A stretch of 64,000 nt of DNA from an uncultured Gammaproteobacteria bacterium (GTDB lineage Bacteria > Patescibacteriota > Microgenomatia > JAMCZE01): contig CAZNUP010000001.1 in assembly GCA_964576435.1 (NCBI GenBank), positions 442,259 to 506,258 on the forward strand, given 5' to 3'. The position numbers were made by a program, and so were the translations under genes. The notes beneath the pieces are model-generated. The model saw nothing but the letters and a program-made list of their open reading frames with translations, had not been told where the DNA came from and made no database searches. How positions within the stretch are numbered: the first letter of the stretch is position 1; each line of letters starts with the position of its first letter. Shown piece by piece: positions 9,484-19,516 of the stretch.

Positions 9484-10743
9484 TTTCCTAGATAGCTCAA
9501 AAAGATAGACCCCGTATGGGTAGTTCCATTGTTTTACAAATTTTGAATTAGCTGAGGCCCGAACTTCCCATTGGTCACTCTTAAGAACTTCCTTAAGTGG
9601 TGTCTTTGAAACAATATAGATAGTTTTTGCAATTGGATATTCACTCACTCCCGTTGGTGGGTGTCCAGAATAGGTAAGAAGTGCTCGAAGATAAGAAGCC
9701 CGAGCGTCACCTGTTATTACATCAATTACACTACTATCAGGTTTGTTTTCAGAAATTATGTGGTCACGCATGCTGGAAAGAACTGTATAGCTCAGACCTT
9801 CAGGGGTTAAATATCCATGAGACGGTTTAGGTAGGAGTTGTGAAAGGGACCAATATATATATACGACGAGAATTGGAATGACAATAATTCTTTTTGACTG
9901 CCATATACGGTTAAGCAGCCGTGCTGCCCCAAAAAAAGCAAATGGAAAGATGAACAAGAAATATTGAATTGCCCAAGAGCCTGGTGCACTATTTTTTCCA
10001 TTAATTTGGGACAAAAGATACAAGACCATTGTCTCCGCGTTGTAAAAACGATGTTTAAGGTCAAAGACAATAAGTGGCGAAAAACCAATACAAAAACCAA
10101 GCACAATCAATACTAAATGTTTAAGGCTTACTAATTTTTGTCTCACAAGTGCAATAAAACTACAAATGCTTACTATTACAAAGGAATAGTGCGCCTGAAA
10201 TCCAAGCCCCCACAATATTCCAATTGCTAAAATTAACCCGAAATTTTTAATTCTTCCTGTTGCAGGTAAAAACAAGTGAGCCGCTAACAATAGACAACAT
10301 ATTGGAATTAGTAAATTGGCATTCCATAGAAATCTACTGAAATTGACCATTGTGGGTGACAAAGCGAATATTATTCCAAAAAATATCGCTGTTTTGAAAC
10401 CAAAACGTCTTTTTAGCGCGTAAAGAAGAATCATAAATGCCCCAAACTGCACGAGGATTAAATAATATGAAATGACTAGTGCATTCCACCCAAACATAAT
10501 TACAGCTGGAATTGGCACATAATAAATAAGGGGTCCAAAGAAAAACATTCTTCCACCAGGGAGTGCAAATGAAGACGGTGGCCCAAGAAGTGTTAGTTCA
10601 TGATTATGAACTATGTCGTATATCGCTAGCATGTGAAGTCCTTGGTCGGTTCCAGCCGTAGTAAAATCAGGCAAATGCCAAAGCCTCAGAAAAAAGAAGC
10701 AAAAAATGACAAAACAGGTTAAAATAATCTTAGGTGAGGTCAC
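9454..10743 (-). CDS. GT-C fold membrane glycosyltransferase, antisense to the operon
   Basis: LRLWHL..GTDQG, LLGP.SS, FGPLIYY, FSRFLWN; GTG start; polytopic. Confidence 0.8.
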   Translation of the reverse strand: MTSPKIILTCFVIFCFFFLRLWHLPDFTTAGTDQGLHMLAIYDIVHNHELTLLGPPSSFALPGGRMFFFGPLIYYVPIPAVIMFGWNALVISYYLILVQFGAFMILLYALKRRFGFKTAIFFGIIFALSPTMVNFSRFLWNANLLIPICCLLLAAHLFLPATGRIKNFGLILAIGILWGLGFQAHYSFVIVSICSFIALVRQKLVSLKHLVLIVLGFCIGFSPLIVFDLKHRFYNAETMVLYLLSQINGKNSAPGSWAIQYFLFIFPFAFFGAARLLNRIWQSKRIIVIPILVVYIYWSLSQLLPKPSHGYLTPEGLSYTVLSSMRDHIISENKPDSSVIDVITGDARASYLRALLTYSGHPPTGVSEYPIAKTIYIVSKTPLKEVLKSDQWEVRASANSKFVKQWNYPYGVYLFELSRKSSNEVTSQK

Positions 10744-10745
10744 AT

Positions 10746-12302
10746 ATGAATTTTACATCAACAGGAGAGAAAATAAAGAAATTTTTTGGACGAAAAGGTG
10801 TTGTTGAGGGAATACTCATTTTAGGCATTGTCTTCAATATCTTTGCCATGTCCTTCTTTGCTCTTCACAAAGACGTCAACTTCATTTCCGATGTATCAAG
10901 GGACTTTCTGCTTTATCAAGAAATTGATGTCAAAAAGATAGTTCTTATTGGCCCAAGATCAAGTACAGAAGGCATATTCCATGGTCCGCTATGGCTTTAC
11001 TTGAATTATCCATCATATCTTCTAGGTCATGGTGATCCAGTGGTGGTAGGATACTTTTGGTTATTCCTAGGCGTTGCTTTCCTTGGCTGTGGTTACTTTG
11101 TGGCAAATAAATTGTTTGGGAAAACTGCAGCCCTTGTTTATGTTCTCCTCCTGTCAGGAAACATGATTTTCCTAACTTCTGGGATGTTTAATCCGCATGG
11201 GGCTTTATTTTTGATGCCATTCTTCTTCTTAACTATTTTCCTCTATCAAAAGTTGCAGAAGTGGTGGTACTTGGCGATTCACATTTTTTTGGCTGGGCTA
11301 ATTATCCAGTTTCAAATGGCTGTAGGAATTCCGCTTCTTCTTTTATCTGGCGCTTTTGTTCTATTTTCTGTTTGGAAATCAAAAAAATATCTGCATCTTT
11401 TGCTTTTCGCAATCCTGATTCCAACTCTTTCGACTTTCTTCATCTTTGAACTACGTCATGGATTCACCATGACCAAATCAATCTTGCACTATGCAAGTCC
11501 AGAAGGAAGTAATGGTCAAATATTTGATTACGCTTACATGATTTACGACCGAATTGATAGGCTCCTTCAAGCCTATTTTGGTCAAGGAATGACAGCTCCC
11601 ATTGTTGGATTTGTTTTTGCAATTGTTGCCATTTTGACCTACATAGAAATAAAAACTAATCCTAAAACAAGGTCCACATATCTTTTGATTCTTTATTACT
11701 ATGTTGGATATGTGGCTCTGACATTTGTTAACAAAGGTCCCGTTCTTGAACACCAGTTTTTTCCAATTCTCGCCCTGACAGACCTATGGTTAGCCTCTTT
11801 GGTAGTTACTAAACACAAGTATCTCTTTGCTGGACTTATTACCCTAATATTCCTATTTAACTTTAACTACGCAAGAGAATATCTTAAAAAAAGTCAGGAT
11901 TTTGTAGGTAAAGATATAAGTTCATGGAGGTTTTTGTCACAAGTGGCAGAAGACATTTCAAAAAGGCAAAACGGCAAAGATTTTGGCTATTTTGTCTATT
12001 CTCCAGACGCATTTGCTTACCAGCCTCGCTATGCAATGATTTATAACTTCAAAAAATTAGGTGCAAATGCCAAAGAGTATGTTAAAGAGCCAGTAACTTA
12101 CATCATTTCTGCTCCCGACGCCTCACACAATCCATTTGTAAACAGGGAGGGCTGGATTAGGGAAAAGACGTTCATTAATGCAAAACCTGTATGGTCCAAA
12201 GACTACCTAAATGGCTATTTAATTGAAGAATTTAAGTTGAAGGGGAAGAATCTAGAAACTCCCCATGATAGAAATATTGAACTTGGGATTCATTTCCGCT
12301 GA
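10746..12302 (+). CDS. GT-C fold membrane glycosyltransferase
   Basis: SDVSRD, LIGPRSS, FHGPLWLY, FIFELRH; ATG 10746 preceded by SD-like GAGGT. Confidence 0.8.
   Translation: MNFTSTGEKIKKFFGRKGVVEGILILGIVFNIFAMSFFALHKDVNFISDVSRDFLLYQEIDVKKIVLIGPRSSTEGIFHGPLWLYLNYPSYLLGHGDPVVVGYFWLFLGVAFLGCGYFVANKLFGKTAALVYVLLLSGNMIFLTSGMFNPHGALFLMPFFFLTIFLYQKLQKWWYLAIHIFLAGLIIQFQMAVGIPLLLLSGAFVLFSVWKSKKYLHLLLFAILIPTLSTFFIFELRHGFTMTKSILHYASPEGSNGQIFDYAYMIYDRIDRLLQAYFGQGMTAPIVGFVFAIVAILTYIEIKTNPKTRSTYLLILYYYVGYVALTFVNKGPVLEHQFFPILALTDLWLASLVVTKHKYLFAGLITLIFLFNFNYAREYLKKSQDFVGKDISSWRFLSQVAEDISKRQNGKDFGYFVYSPDAFAYQPRYAMIYNFKKLGANAKEYVKEPVTYIISAPDASHNPFVNREGWIREKTFINAKPVWSKDYLNGYLIEEFKLKGKNLETPHDRNIELGIHFR
10750..10755 (-). 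promoter_or_regulatory. Putative -10 box (TAAAAT) for minus-strand GT-C gene
   Basis: TAAAAT on the minus strand, 6 nt before GTG at 10743; lies inside the first codons of the plus-strand gene. Confidence 0.45.
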
Positions 12303-12967
12303 TGACAATATTAGTAGTCATTCCCGCCTTTAATGAACACGGAAAAATTCAGGAAACTATTCGTGATCTCAAAAAAAATGGATATAAAAATATGGTTGTC
12401 GTTGACGATGGGTCAAGTGACCAAACAGGGAAGCTCGCTAAAAAGGAAAATGTTGAAGTTTTAACCCATATAGTAAATAGAGGCCTAGGTGCTGCTTTGG
12501 GAACAGGTTTTGAGTATGCTAAAGAAAATGAACCAGATATCTTAGTTACCTTCGATGCCGATGGACAGATGCAAGCAAAAGACATAAAGGCACTTGTAAA
12601 ACCAATTGAAGAAAAAAAAGCCGATGTCGTGATTGGATCGCGTGCCTTAGATCAAAAAAACATGCCTCCAGTTAGAATAGTTCTCAATTGGATAAGTAAC
12701 TTTGCGACACTTATCCTTTATGGTGTCTGGACCACTGATTCTTTATCTGGTTTTAGATCCTTTGATAAAGACGCGTATAATAAGATTCAAATAAAGACAG
12801 ACCGCATGGAAGTGAGCAATGAGTTTTTTAAAGAGATAAAGAGAAATAATTTAAAATTTGTTGAGATCCCTATTAAAGCAATTTATACAGATTACAGTAA
12901 AAAGAATTCCAAAAACTCCGACCCATTTGATATTGGCTTTAAACTACTGTTAAGATTGTTCAGATAA
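12302..12967 (+). CDS. GT2 polyprenol-phosphate sugar synthase (DPM/PpgS-like)
   Basis: IPAFNE, VDDGSSD, NRGLGAALGTG, TFDADGQ, TDSLSGFR; followed by DUF2304. Confidence 0.85.
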   Translation: MTILVVIPAFNEHGKIQETIRDLKKNGYKNMVVVDDGSSDQTGKLAKKENVEVLTHIVNRGLGAALGTGFEYAKENEPDILVTFDADGQMQAKDIKALVKPIEEKKADVVIGSRALDQKNMPPVRIVLNWISNFATLILYGVWTTDSLSGFRSFDKDAYNKIQIKTDRMEVSNEFFKEIKRNNLKFVEIPIKAIYTDYSKKNSKNSDPFDIGFKLLLRLFR

Positions 12968-12968
12968 T

Positions 12969-13298
12969 ATGTCTTTATTACAAATTTTTCTAACTATTTT
13001 CCTTGTTTTTGCCCTAAGTAGAGTAGTTCTTAGATTTAAAGATAGAAAAATAAAACCAGTTGAGTTTGCCTTTTGGAGCATTCTTTTTAGTGCTGCAATT
13101 GTCGGTGTGATTTTGCCAGAAGAAACCACTAGATTTGCGAAATTACTTGGAATCGGCCGCGGTGTTGATCTCATTGTTTATGCTTCAATAGCAACTCTTT
13201 TTTACTTGGTCTTCAGACTTTATATTCTTCTCGAAGACGTGAGACATGAAATTACTAATTTGGTTCGTGAACTTGCTCTTAAAGATAAGAAAAAATGA
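12969..13298 (+). CDS. DUF2304 family small membrane protein
   Basis: 3 TM, LLGIGRGVDLIVY, C-terminal EITNLVRELAL coiled tail. Confidence 0.8.
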   Translation: MSLLQIFLTIFLVFALSRVVLRFKDRKIKPVEFAFWSILFSAAIVGVILPEETTRFAKLLGIGRGVDLIVYASIATLFYLVFRLYILLEDVRHEITNLVRELALKDKKK

Positions 13299-14374
13299 AA
13301 ATTTTGTGGTTTACAGAGTTTTACCCAAAAGATAATGATGGTAAATTTGTCGGAGGCGTTCAAACAAGGTGTTATTTTGTAGGTCGCCATATTTCAAAGA
13401 ATCAAAATCTCCAAATAATTGAAGGTGTTCCAGAAAAATTTACAAAAGCATCCTTCCTCACACTTTTTATTAGAGCATTGTATTTGCCACTAGAAGTTTA
13501 CAAAGGGTTAAATTCTGATTTTGATATTGTCGAAGCATCGAATTTTGTAATGTATCTTCCAGCTTGGATCGTAGGAAGGTTGAAAAACAAACCAGTGGTT
13601 TTTTGGTACGCGGATGTTTTTTTGGGATCATGGGTTAAAAATGTTGGCCCCGTAGGTATTATTGGAGAACGTGCCGAAAAATGGATTTTAGGTTTAAAAG
13701 GGGTTCACTATATAGCTATAAGTAACGTAGTAAAGGACAAACTAATTAAAGCAGGAGTACCTAAAGATAAAATTACAGTAATCTACTGTGGTGTTAGTAG
13801 TGAAGAAATAAAGTTAGTGAAAAAAGGCCCCAAAGTGCGCGATCTCATATCTGTTTCTCGTCTAACAAGTTATAAAAAGATTGACACTCTTATAACTGCC
13901 GTAGATAAGTTGAAGGTTAAATTGAATCAAATACAACTTGGGATTGTCGGTTGGGGAGCTGAAGAAAAAAAATTAAAAGATCAAGCCCGTAATTTACATC
14001 TTGAAGAAAATGTAACTTTTTTTGGACAAATTCCCTCGCACAAAGAAGTTTTAGAAAAAATTTCTGAATCAAAAGTTTTTTGCCATCCATCTCTTGTTGA
14101 AGGTTTCGGTATTTCAATAATTGAAGCCCTTGCCTTGGGTGTTCCAGCAGTTATTGCCAAGACCCCAATTGCTGAAGAAATAACTAATGGTGGTCAAGGT
14201 GTTCTATTTTTTGACTCTCAACAAGGTCTTGAATCTAAAATTACCAATCTCCTTACTGATGCCAAATTATATACATCTAAAAGAAATGAAGGTTTAACTC
14301 TAGCTAAAAACTATTTTTGGGAAGATATTTCCAAAGAAACACTTAAATTTTATGAAAATTTGCATAATAACTGA
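13295..14374 (+). CDS. GT4 glycosyltransferase
   Basis: VSRL..YKKID, PSLVEGFGISIIEA. Confidence 0.9.
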   Translation: MKILWFTEFYPKDNDGKFVGGVQTRCYFVGRHISKNQNLQIIEGVPEKFTKASFLTLFIRALYLPLEVYKGLNSDFDIVEASNFVMYLPAWIVGRLKNKPVVFWYADVFLGSWVKNVGPVGIIGERAEKWILGLKGVHYIAISNVVKDKLIKAGVPKDKITVIYCGVSSEEIKLVKKGPKVRDLISVSRLTSYKKIDTLITAVDKLKVKLNQIQLGIVGWGAEEKKLKDQARNLHLEENVTFFGQIPSHKEVLEKISESKVFCHPSLVEGFGISIIEALALGVPAVIAKTPIAEEITNGGQGVLFFDSQQGLESKITNLLTDAKLYTSKRNEGLTLAKNYFWEDISKETLKFYENLHNN

Positions 14375-15368
14375 TGCTTGGAAACCTATCTGGGGAGGCG
14401 GTCAGGAACACATTTGGCAAATCTCCAATATTCTTGCAAAAGAGGGTTTTAACATAACTGTTTTGGCTCCAAATTTAGGGCCACAGAGTGAAAGTTATTA
14501 TTCAGGTAATTTAAAAATACTAAGGATTGGTCCAAAATTTACTTTTCCTAATGTTTTTGGGCGAGCACTTTTTTTACTATCTGTCCTCAAGTTTGAGCTT
14601 TTAAATGACTTTGATATATATCACACCGAAGCCAGTGATGCTGTTATCCAACCTTTAGTAAAAGTTTTCAAACCAAAATCTAAATTCATTTATACAGTTC
14701 ATGGTGCTGGACAAGAAATTTTAAACGGCGGACTAATAAATTCTTTTAATATTATTCAAAAAATATGGCTCTATCTTATCTATAAATATCCCTGGGACGC
14801 GCTCTTAACAGCAGCTAAAAGCACAATAAAGGGAGAAGTTAAAGCGAAAGAGTTTGTAGTTATTGGCAACGGAGTAAATATTGATGAAATTGAAAAAGTT
14901 AAGGCTCAAAAAGAAAAAGGCAAATATAAAGTAGTTTGGGCAGGAAGAATTGATGATCCTATTAAAGGCGTTAAATACCTAAAAGAAGCGGCTGATTCAC
15001 TATCTTATGTAGATCTTGAATTAGTCACTAATAAACCTCACTCTGAGGTAATAAAAGCGCTAAAGAAAGCTGATCTATTTGTTCTCCCATCACTTTCTGA
15101 AGGTCTTCCATTAATTCTTCTAGAAGCAATGGCTGCAGGGCTCCCTGTAGTTGTAACAGATGTGGGTGATTGCAGGGAAATCGTCGAAAAGTCAGGAGTA
15201 GGAATCATTGTTGAAAAAGGCAGCTCCAAGGCATTAGCAGAGGGAATTGAAGTAATGTATAAATCTAAAAATCGAAAAACCGGTTTTAACTATATTAAAG
15301 ATCATTATACTTGGGATAAAATTGCCGAAATACAAAAGCAAGTTTATGAAGAAGCAACCGCAAACTAG
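14352..15368 (+). CDS. GT4 glycosyltransferase
   Basis: WGGGQEH, TVHG, PSLSEGLPLILLEAMAAG. Confidence 0.9.
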   Translation: MKICIITDAWKPIWGGGQEHIWQISNILAKEGFNITVLAPNLGPQSESYYSGNLKILRIGPKFTFPNVFGRALFLLSVLKFELLNDFDIYHTEASDAVIQPLVKVFKPKSKFIYTVHGAGQEILNGGLINSFNIIQKIWLYLIYKYPWDALLTAAKSTIKGEVKAKEFVVIGNGVNIDEIEKVKAQKEKGKYKVVWAGRIDDPIKGVKYLKEAADSLSYVDLELVTNKPHSEVIKALKKADLFVLPSLSEGLPLILLEAMAAGLPVVVTDVGDCREIVEKSGVGIIVEKGSSKALAEGIEVMYKSKNRKTGFNYIKDHYTWDKIAEIQKQVYEEATAN

Positions 15369-16125
15369 CTCCAAGCTTTGGGATGGACTTTGGAAAAATC
15401 ATGCTCCTGAAAATTACGCTTCCACTCTTTTAAAGTCAGAGTCACATGGGATTAGATGGCAAAGAATTAAAAAGACTGTAATCAAGAATCACAAATCATT
15501 TAAAAATCTTCGTGTCATAGAAATTGGTGCTGGAACTGGAGTTAATTCACTACTTATGGCTAAACAAGGGGCAAGGGTAACAATTCTAGATTATTCTGAA
15601 GAAGCCTTAAAAAAAGCAAAAAAAGTCTTTAAGAATGAGAAAACCCCCGCTACTTTTGTGTTGGCGGATGCTTTCCATCTTCCAAAAAAACACCTCAAAA
15701 GATATGACATTGCAATGTCCTTTGGCTTAGCGGAACATTTCCTAGGGAAAAAACGACAAGCGATATTTAATGCACATTTTAATCTATTAAATAAAAATGG
15801 CATTGCTATTATTTCGGTTCCCAACTCATGGAATTTGCCCTATAGAGTGTCCAAGTTTATTGGGCAAATGACACCATATTGGAAAGTGGGTGGGGAGTAC
15901 CCATTCACAAGGAAAGAATTAAAAAATATCTGTAAAGTCAGTAAAGTCACTAATTTCAGTTTCATCGGTGACTCTCTAATTACCTCGTTAAATTTTATTA
16001 ACCCTTTTTGGATTATGCAAAGAGTTAAAAAGAAACCACACAAAGTTTTAAAAAAAGAAATTGGCACGCCCTTAGATGAATATCTAAGCTACTCCTTAGT
16101 TCTTGTTGCAAAGCATGCTATTTAG
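15346..16125 (+). CDS. Class I SAM-dependent methyltransferase
   Basis: VIEIGAGTG motif I, LDYSEEAL, SFGLAEHF, SVPN; start moved to ATG 15346. Confidence 0.85.
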   Translation: MKKQPQTSSKLWDGLWKNHAPENYASTLLKSESHGIRWQRIKKTVIKNHKSFKNLRVIEIGAGTGVNSLLMAKQGARVTILDYSEEALKKAKKVFKNEKTPATFVLADAFHLPKKHLKRYDIAMSFGLAEHFLGKKRQAIFNAHFNLLNKNGIAIISVPNSWNLPYRVSKFIGQMTPYWKVGGEYPFTRKELKNICKVSKVTNFSFIGDSLITSLNFINPFWIMQRVKKKPHKVLKKEIGTPLDEYLSYSLVLVAKHAI

Positions 16126-17521
16126 TTCGCCAATTTTTATTTTTCTTTTCCTGCCTCTTGTTTTCTTCACTTATCAATTTGTTCCTAGAAGATTTAAAAA
16201 TCTTCATCTTTTAATTGCAAGTCTAATTTTTTATTCATTAGGGGAACAAAAATTAGCATTAGTTTTAATAGTTTCAACTTTAACAAACTATTTTTTAGCA
16301 AAAAAACTAACCAAAGGAAAAGCTAAAAAGAAAATCCTAATTATTGGAGTAATTTTCAATCTCGGCATATTAATTTCCTTCAAATATTTATCATTTTTTA
16401 CATTGAATATAAATATTCTCGCTAGTTATTTCCAAATACCACCGCTTAACATTCCGTCTTTGCCGTTACCATTAGGTGTTTCTTTCTATACCTTCCACAC
16501 TCTTTCATATCTTTTTGATATTTATAGAAAAAAGGCTAAGCCTGCTAAAAGCATTATCGACTTTGCACTCTATGTCTCTTTCTTCCCACAGTTAATAGCA
16601 GGCCCCATCATTCGTTATCATGATATTTCAAGCCAGCTTGTAAAAAGAATTGTCACAAACGACAAACTGCAATATGGCATAACTAGGTTTATCCAAGGGT
16701 TGGCAAAGAAAGTTCTGATTGCCAACTCTATTGGTTTAGTTGCAGATGCAATTTTTGCTTCTCCTGTAGCTAATCTAAATCCAGCTTTAGCCTGGTTTGG
16801 TGTAATTTGTTACGCTCTTCAAATTTATTTTGACTTTTCAGGTTATTCAGATATGGCAATTGGGCTTGGAAAAATGTTTGGGTTCGATATTTTGGAAAAC
16901 TTTAACTACCCTTATATTTCACAGTCGATTACTGAATTTTGGCGCCGTTGGCATATTTCATTGTCAAATTGGTTCAAGGATTATGTCTACATTCCTCTTG
17001 GAGGCAATCGCGGAGGCACATTAAAAACAGTTAGAAATTTAATGATAGTCTTTCTTCTCTGTGGCTTTTGGCACGGGGCTAGTTGGAATTTTATAGTTTG
17101 GGGCGCTAGCCAAGGAGGGTTTTTAGTTATTGAACGTCTTGGTTTAAAGAAGATCACAGACTCACTGTGGTGGCCGTTAAGACATGTATATGCCTTAACA
17201 ATTATTCTAATAAGTTGGGTATTCTTTAGATCGATTTCTCTTGATTATGCACTCCACTTTATTGCTAAGCTATTTAATCTTGGTCAAAATTCTTCACCCA
17301 CCTTGAACATAAATATATATTTAACACCCCAGTTCATTTTGATACTTGTTCTCGGAGTGATATTTTGTACACCTATCTGGCAAAAACTGCAAAACAAGAG
17401 ATTTAGTCTCACACCTGCGTTTAACTTCACATACCACACGCTTTTAATATTTTTATTTCTCTTGACTCTTATGCACTTAGCAACCGCAACCTACAGCCCA
17501 TTTATATATTTTAGATTTTAA
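16115..17521 (+). CDS. algI: MBOAT membrane O-acetyltransferase (AlgI/PatA/DltB family)
   Basis: MLFSS, LPLGVSFYTF, FFPQLIAGPIIRY, DFSGYSDMAIG, FWRRWHISLS, GFWHGA, FIYFRF. Confidence 0.9.
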   Translation: MLFSSPIFIFLFLPLVFFTYQFVPRRFKNLHLLIASLIFYSLGEQKLALVLIVSTLTNYFLAKKLTKGKAKKKILIIGVIFNLGILISFKYLSFFTLNINILASYFQIPPLNIPSLPLPLGVSFYTFHTLSYLFDIYRKKAKPAKSIIDFALYVSFFPQLIAGPIIRYHDISSQLVKRIVTNDKLQYGITRFIQGLAKKVLIANSIGLVADAIFASPVANLNPALAWFGVICYALQIYFDFSGYSDMAIGLGKMFGFDILENFNYPYISQSITEFWRRWHISLSNWFKDYVYIPLGGNRGGTLKTVRNLMIVFLLCGFWHGASWNFIVWGASQGGFLVIERLGLKKITDSLWWPLRHVYALTIILISWVFFRSISLDYALHFIAKLFNLGQNSSPTLNINIYLTPQFILILVLGVIFCTPIWQKLQNKRFSLTPAFNFTYHTLLIFLFLLTLMHLATATYSPFIYFRF

Positions 17522-17523
17522 AA

Positions 17524-18651
17524 GTGAAGCAAGCAAAATACATTTTAAATAATTTCTTCGTTTGTCTATTTTTATTCATTATTTGCCTTCCTCTTTTGCA
17601 AATGATCTTTAAATTTGTCCCGGAGTATAAAAATACTGAAAAAAGAGAATTAACAACTTTTTCTTTATCAGAAAATTCCTCTCCTTGGGATTTAGTTAAC
17701 AACTTTACTAACTTTTTTAATGATAATTTTGGTTTTAGAACTTGGCTTATTCACAATAATACTTATTTAACTGCAAAATATTTAAGAACATCAGCTATTC
17801 CTTATGTGACAATTGGTAAAGACGGTTGGCTATTTTATACATCGGAATCACTTGATGATGGGCAAAGTACAAATGATTATCAAGGTTTAGTTCCACTAGA
17901 TAATTCTAAATTGGAAGCAATATTAGAAAATTTATCTAGGTTAGATAGAAATTTAGAAGAAAAGGGAATTATTTTTATGGTTTTAGTAGCACCTAACAAG
18001 CAAACTATTTATGGAGACTATTTGCCTGACAATCTATCAAAACGTGGTCACGAGACGAGGTTCGATCAGATAAAAAGGTTTTTGGTGGGAAAAGATATCA
18101 ATTTTCTTGAAGTTCGTTCAATTCTACAAAATCCTCCAGAAAACTACCCCACTTTTTATAAAACAGACACCCATTGGAATACTTATGGTGCTTATCTAAC
18201 GGCAAAATTGCTAATGGAGGAGTTAAACAAAATTGATCCTAAAGTTGAAAAAATTAAAAATCAAAATTTTACCTTTGATAGGATGAATGACATTGAGTCT
18301 GGCGATATAGCTACGATGCTTTCACTGGAAGAGTTCTATAAAGATGAAGATATTTCTATAAAGTCCAAAAACAAAAATGAGAACAAACTAAATACCAAGC
18401 TCCAAACCTATAAAAATGGCATAAGCGGGTTTCGTATTAAATCAAAGAATGACAACGGACAAAAAATAATCGTTTTTAGTGATTCCTACGGAGCGAAACT
18501 AATACCATTTATTTCTCCACATTTTACAAGTAGCCTATTTTTAGGTGGTGGAAAATACCGAGTTGATGAAAATATTGTGGATTCAGAAAAACCGGATATT
18601 GTTGTTTGGGAAGTTGCAGAAAGGTTTGTCAATCTTCTTTCAAATCCCTGA
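17524..18651 (+). CDS. AlgJ/AlgX-type SGNH polysaccharide O-acetyltransferase
   Basis: N-terminal TM, EKREL, DNFGFR, GKDGWLFY, APNKQTIY, KTDTHWN, SDSY; follows algI. Confidence 0.85.
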   Translation: MKQAKYILNNFFVCLFLFIICLPLLQMIFKFVPEYKNTEKRELTTFSLSENSSPWDLVNNFTNFFNDNFGFRTWLIHNNTYLTAKYLRTSAIPYVTIGKDGWLFYTSESLDDGQSTNDYQGLVPLDNSKLEAILENLSRLDRNLEEKGIIFMVLVAPNKQTIYGDYLPDNLSKRGHETRFDQIKRFLVGKDINFLEVRSILQNPPENYPTFYKTDTHWNTYGAYLTAKLLMEELNKIDPKVEKIKNQNFTFDRMNDIESGDIATMLSLEEFYKDEDISIKSKNKNENKLNTKLQTYKNGISGFRIKSKNDNGQKIIVFSDSYGAKLIPFISPHFTSSLFLGGGKYRVDENIVDSEKPDIVVWEVAERFVNLLSNP

Positions 18652-18688
18652 TGACTTTGATTCCGTTATAATATAACCTATATCTCTT

Positions 18689-19513
18689 ATGGCAGATGTA
18701 CTAGTTATCAAACCTCAAACAACTTGGTGGAAAATAAATATACGCGAACTATGGAACTATCGTGAACTGCTTTATATCCTAACTTGGCGTGATGTCAAGG
18801 TTAGATATAAACAGACGGTTCTTGGGGTGTTTTGGGTTGTCATCCAACCATTAGCAACCACCGGTATTTTCAGCATTTTCTTTGGCCAAATAGCAAAGAT
18901 TCCCTCAGATGGTATGCCTTACCCTTTGTTTGTGTTTTTAGGTTTGACTCTTTGGAACTTTTTTTCAAGCGGGGTTTCTGCAGCAAGTAACAGTATTCTC
19001 TCAAATCAAGGCCTGGTACAAAAAATCTACTTCCCACGCATTATCATTCTTGCCTCAGCAATCTTAACTTCGGGTGTAGATTTTCTAGTGAGCTTTTGTT
19101 TATTGATTGTAGCCCTGCTTTTTTATGGCTACATTCCAAATATTGGTCAAGTTTTAATTTTCTTCCCAATCATTTTCCTACTGCTTTTTATGTTGATGTT
19201 AGGTATTGGAATGCTTTCTTCTTCAGTCAATGTAAAATATCGCGACGTTCGTTATCTTTTGCCTTTTGCTATTCAATTAGGCCTTTATGTAAGTCCAATT
19301 ATTTATCCTTACTCAGCAGTAACTGGTTTTAAAAAAACACTTTTAGCCTTTAATCCTCTAACAGGAATTATTGAAGCGTATAGATCGGTGTTAACAAATA
19401 CCCCTGTCAATTTGCCACTTTTAGGAATTGCCGCTGTGGTCTGCGTTGTCTTTTTTGTGGCCGGTCTTTGGTACTTTAGACAAGTTGAATCATATTTTGC
19501 AGATATCGCATAA
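18689..19513 (+). CDS. wzm: ABC-2 polysaccharide exporter permease
   Basis: RDVKVRYKQTVLG..W, KIYFPR, YRDVRY, NPLT, FADIA. Confidence 0.92.
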   Translation: MADVLVIKPQTTWWKINIRELWNYRELLYILTWRDVKVRYKQTVLGVFWVVIQPLATTGIFSIFFGQIAKIPSDGMPYPLFVFLGLTLWNFFSSGVSAASNSILSNQGLVQKIYFPRIIILASAILTSGVDFLVSFCLLIVALLFYGYIPNIGQVLIFFPIIFLLLFMLMLGIGMLSSSVNVKYRDVRYLLPFAIQLGLYVSPIIYPYSAVTGFKKTLLAFNPLTGIIEAYRSVLTNTPVNLPLLGIAAVVCVVFFVAGLWYFRQVESYFADIA

Positions 19514-19516
19514 CTT

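Noticed and set aside
9454-10745. Invertible (phase-variable) segment
   Set aside because: No convincing inverted repeats at the boundaries and no recombinase in the window
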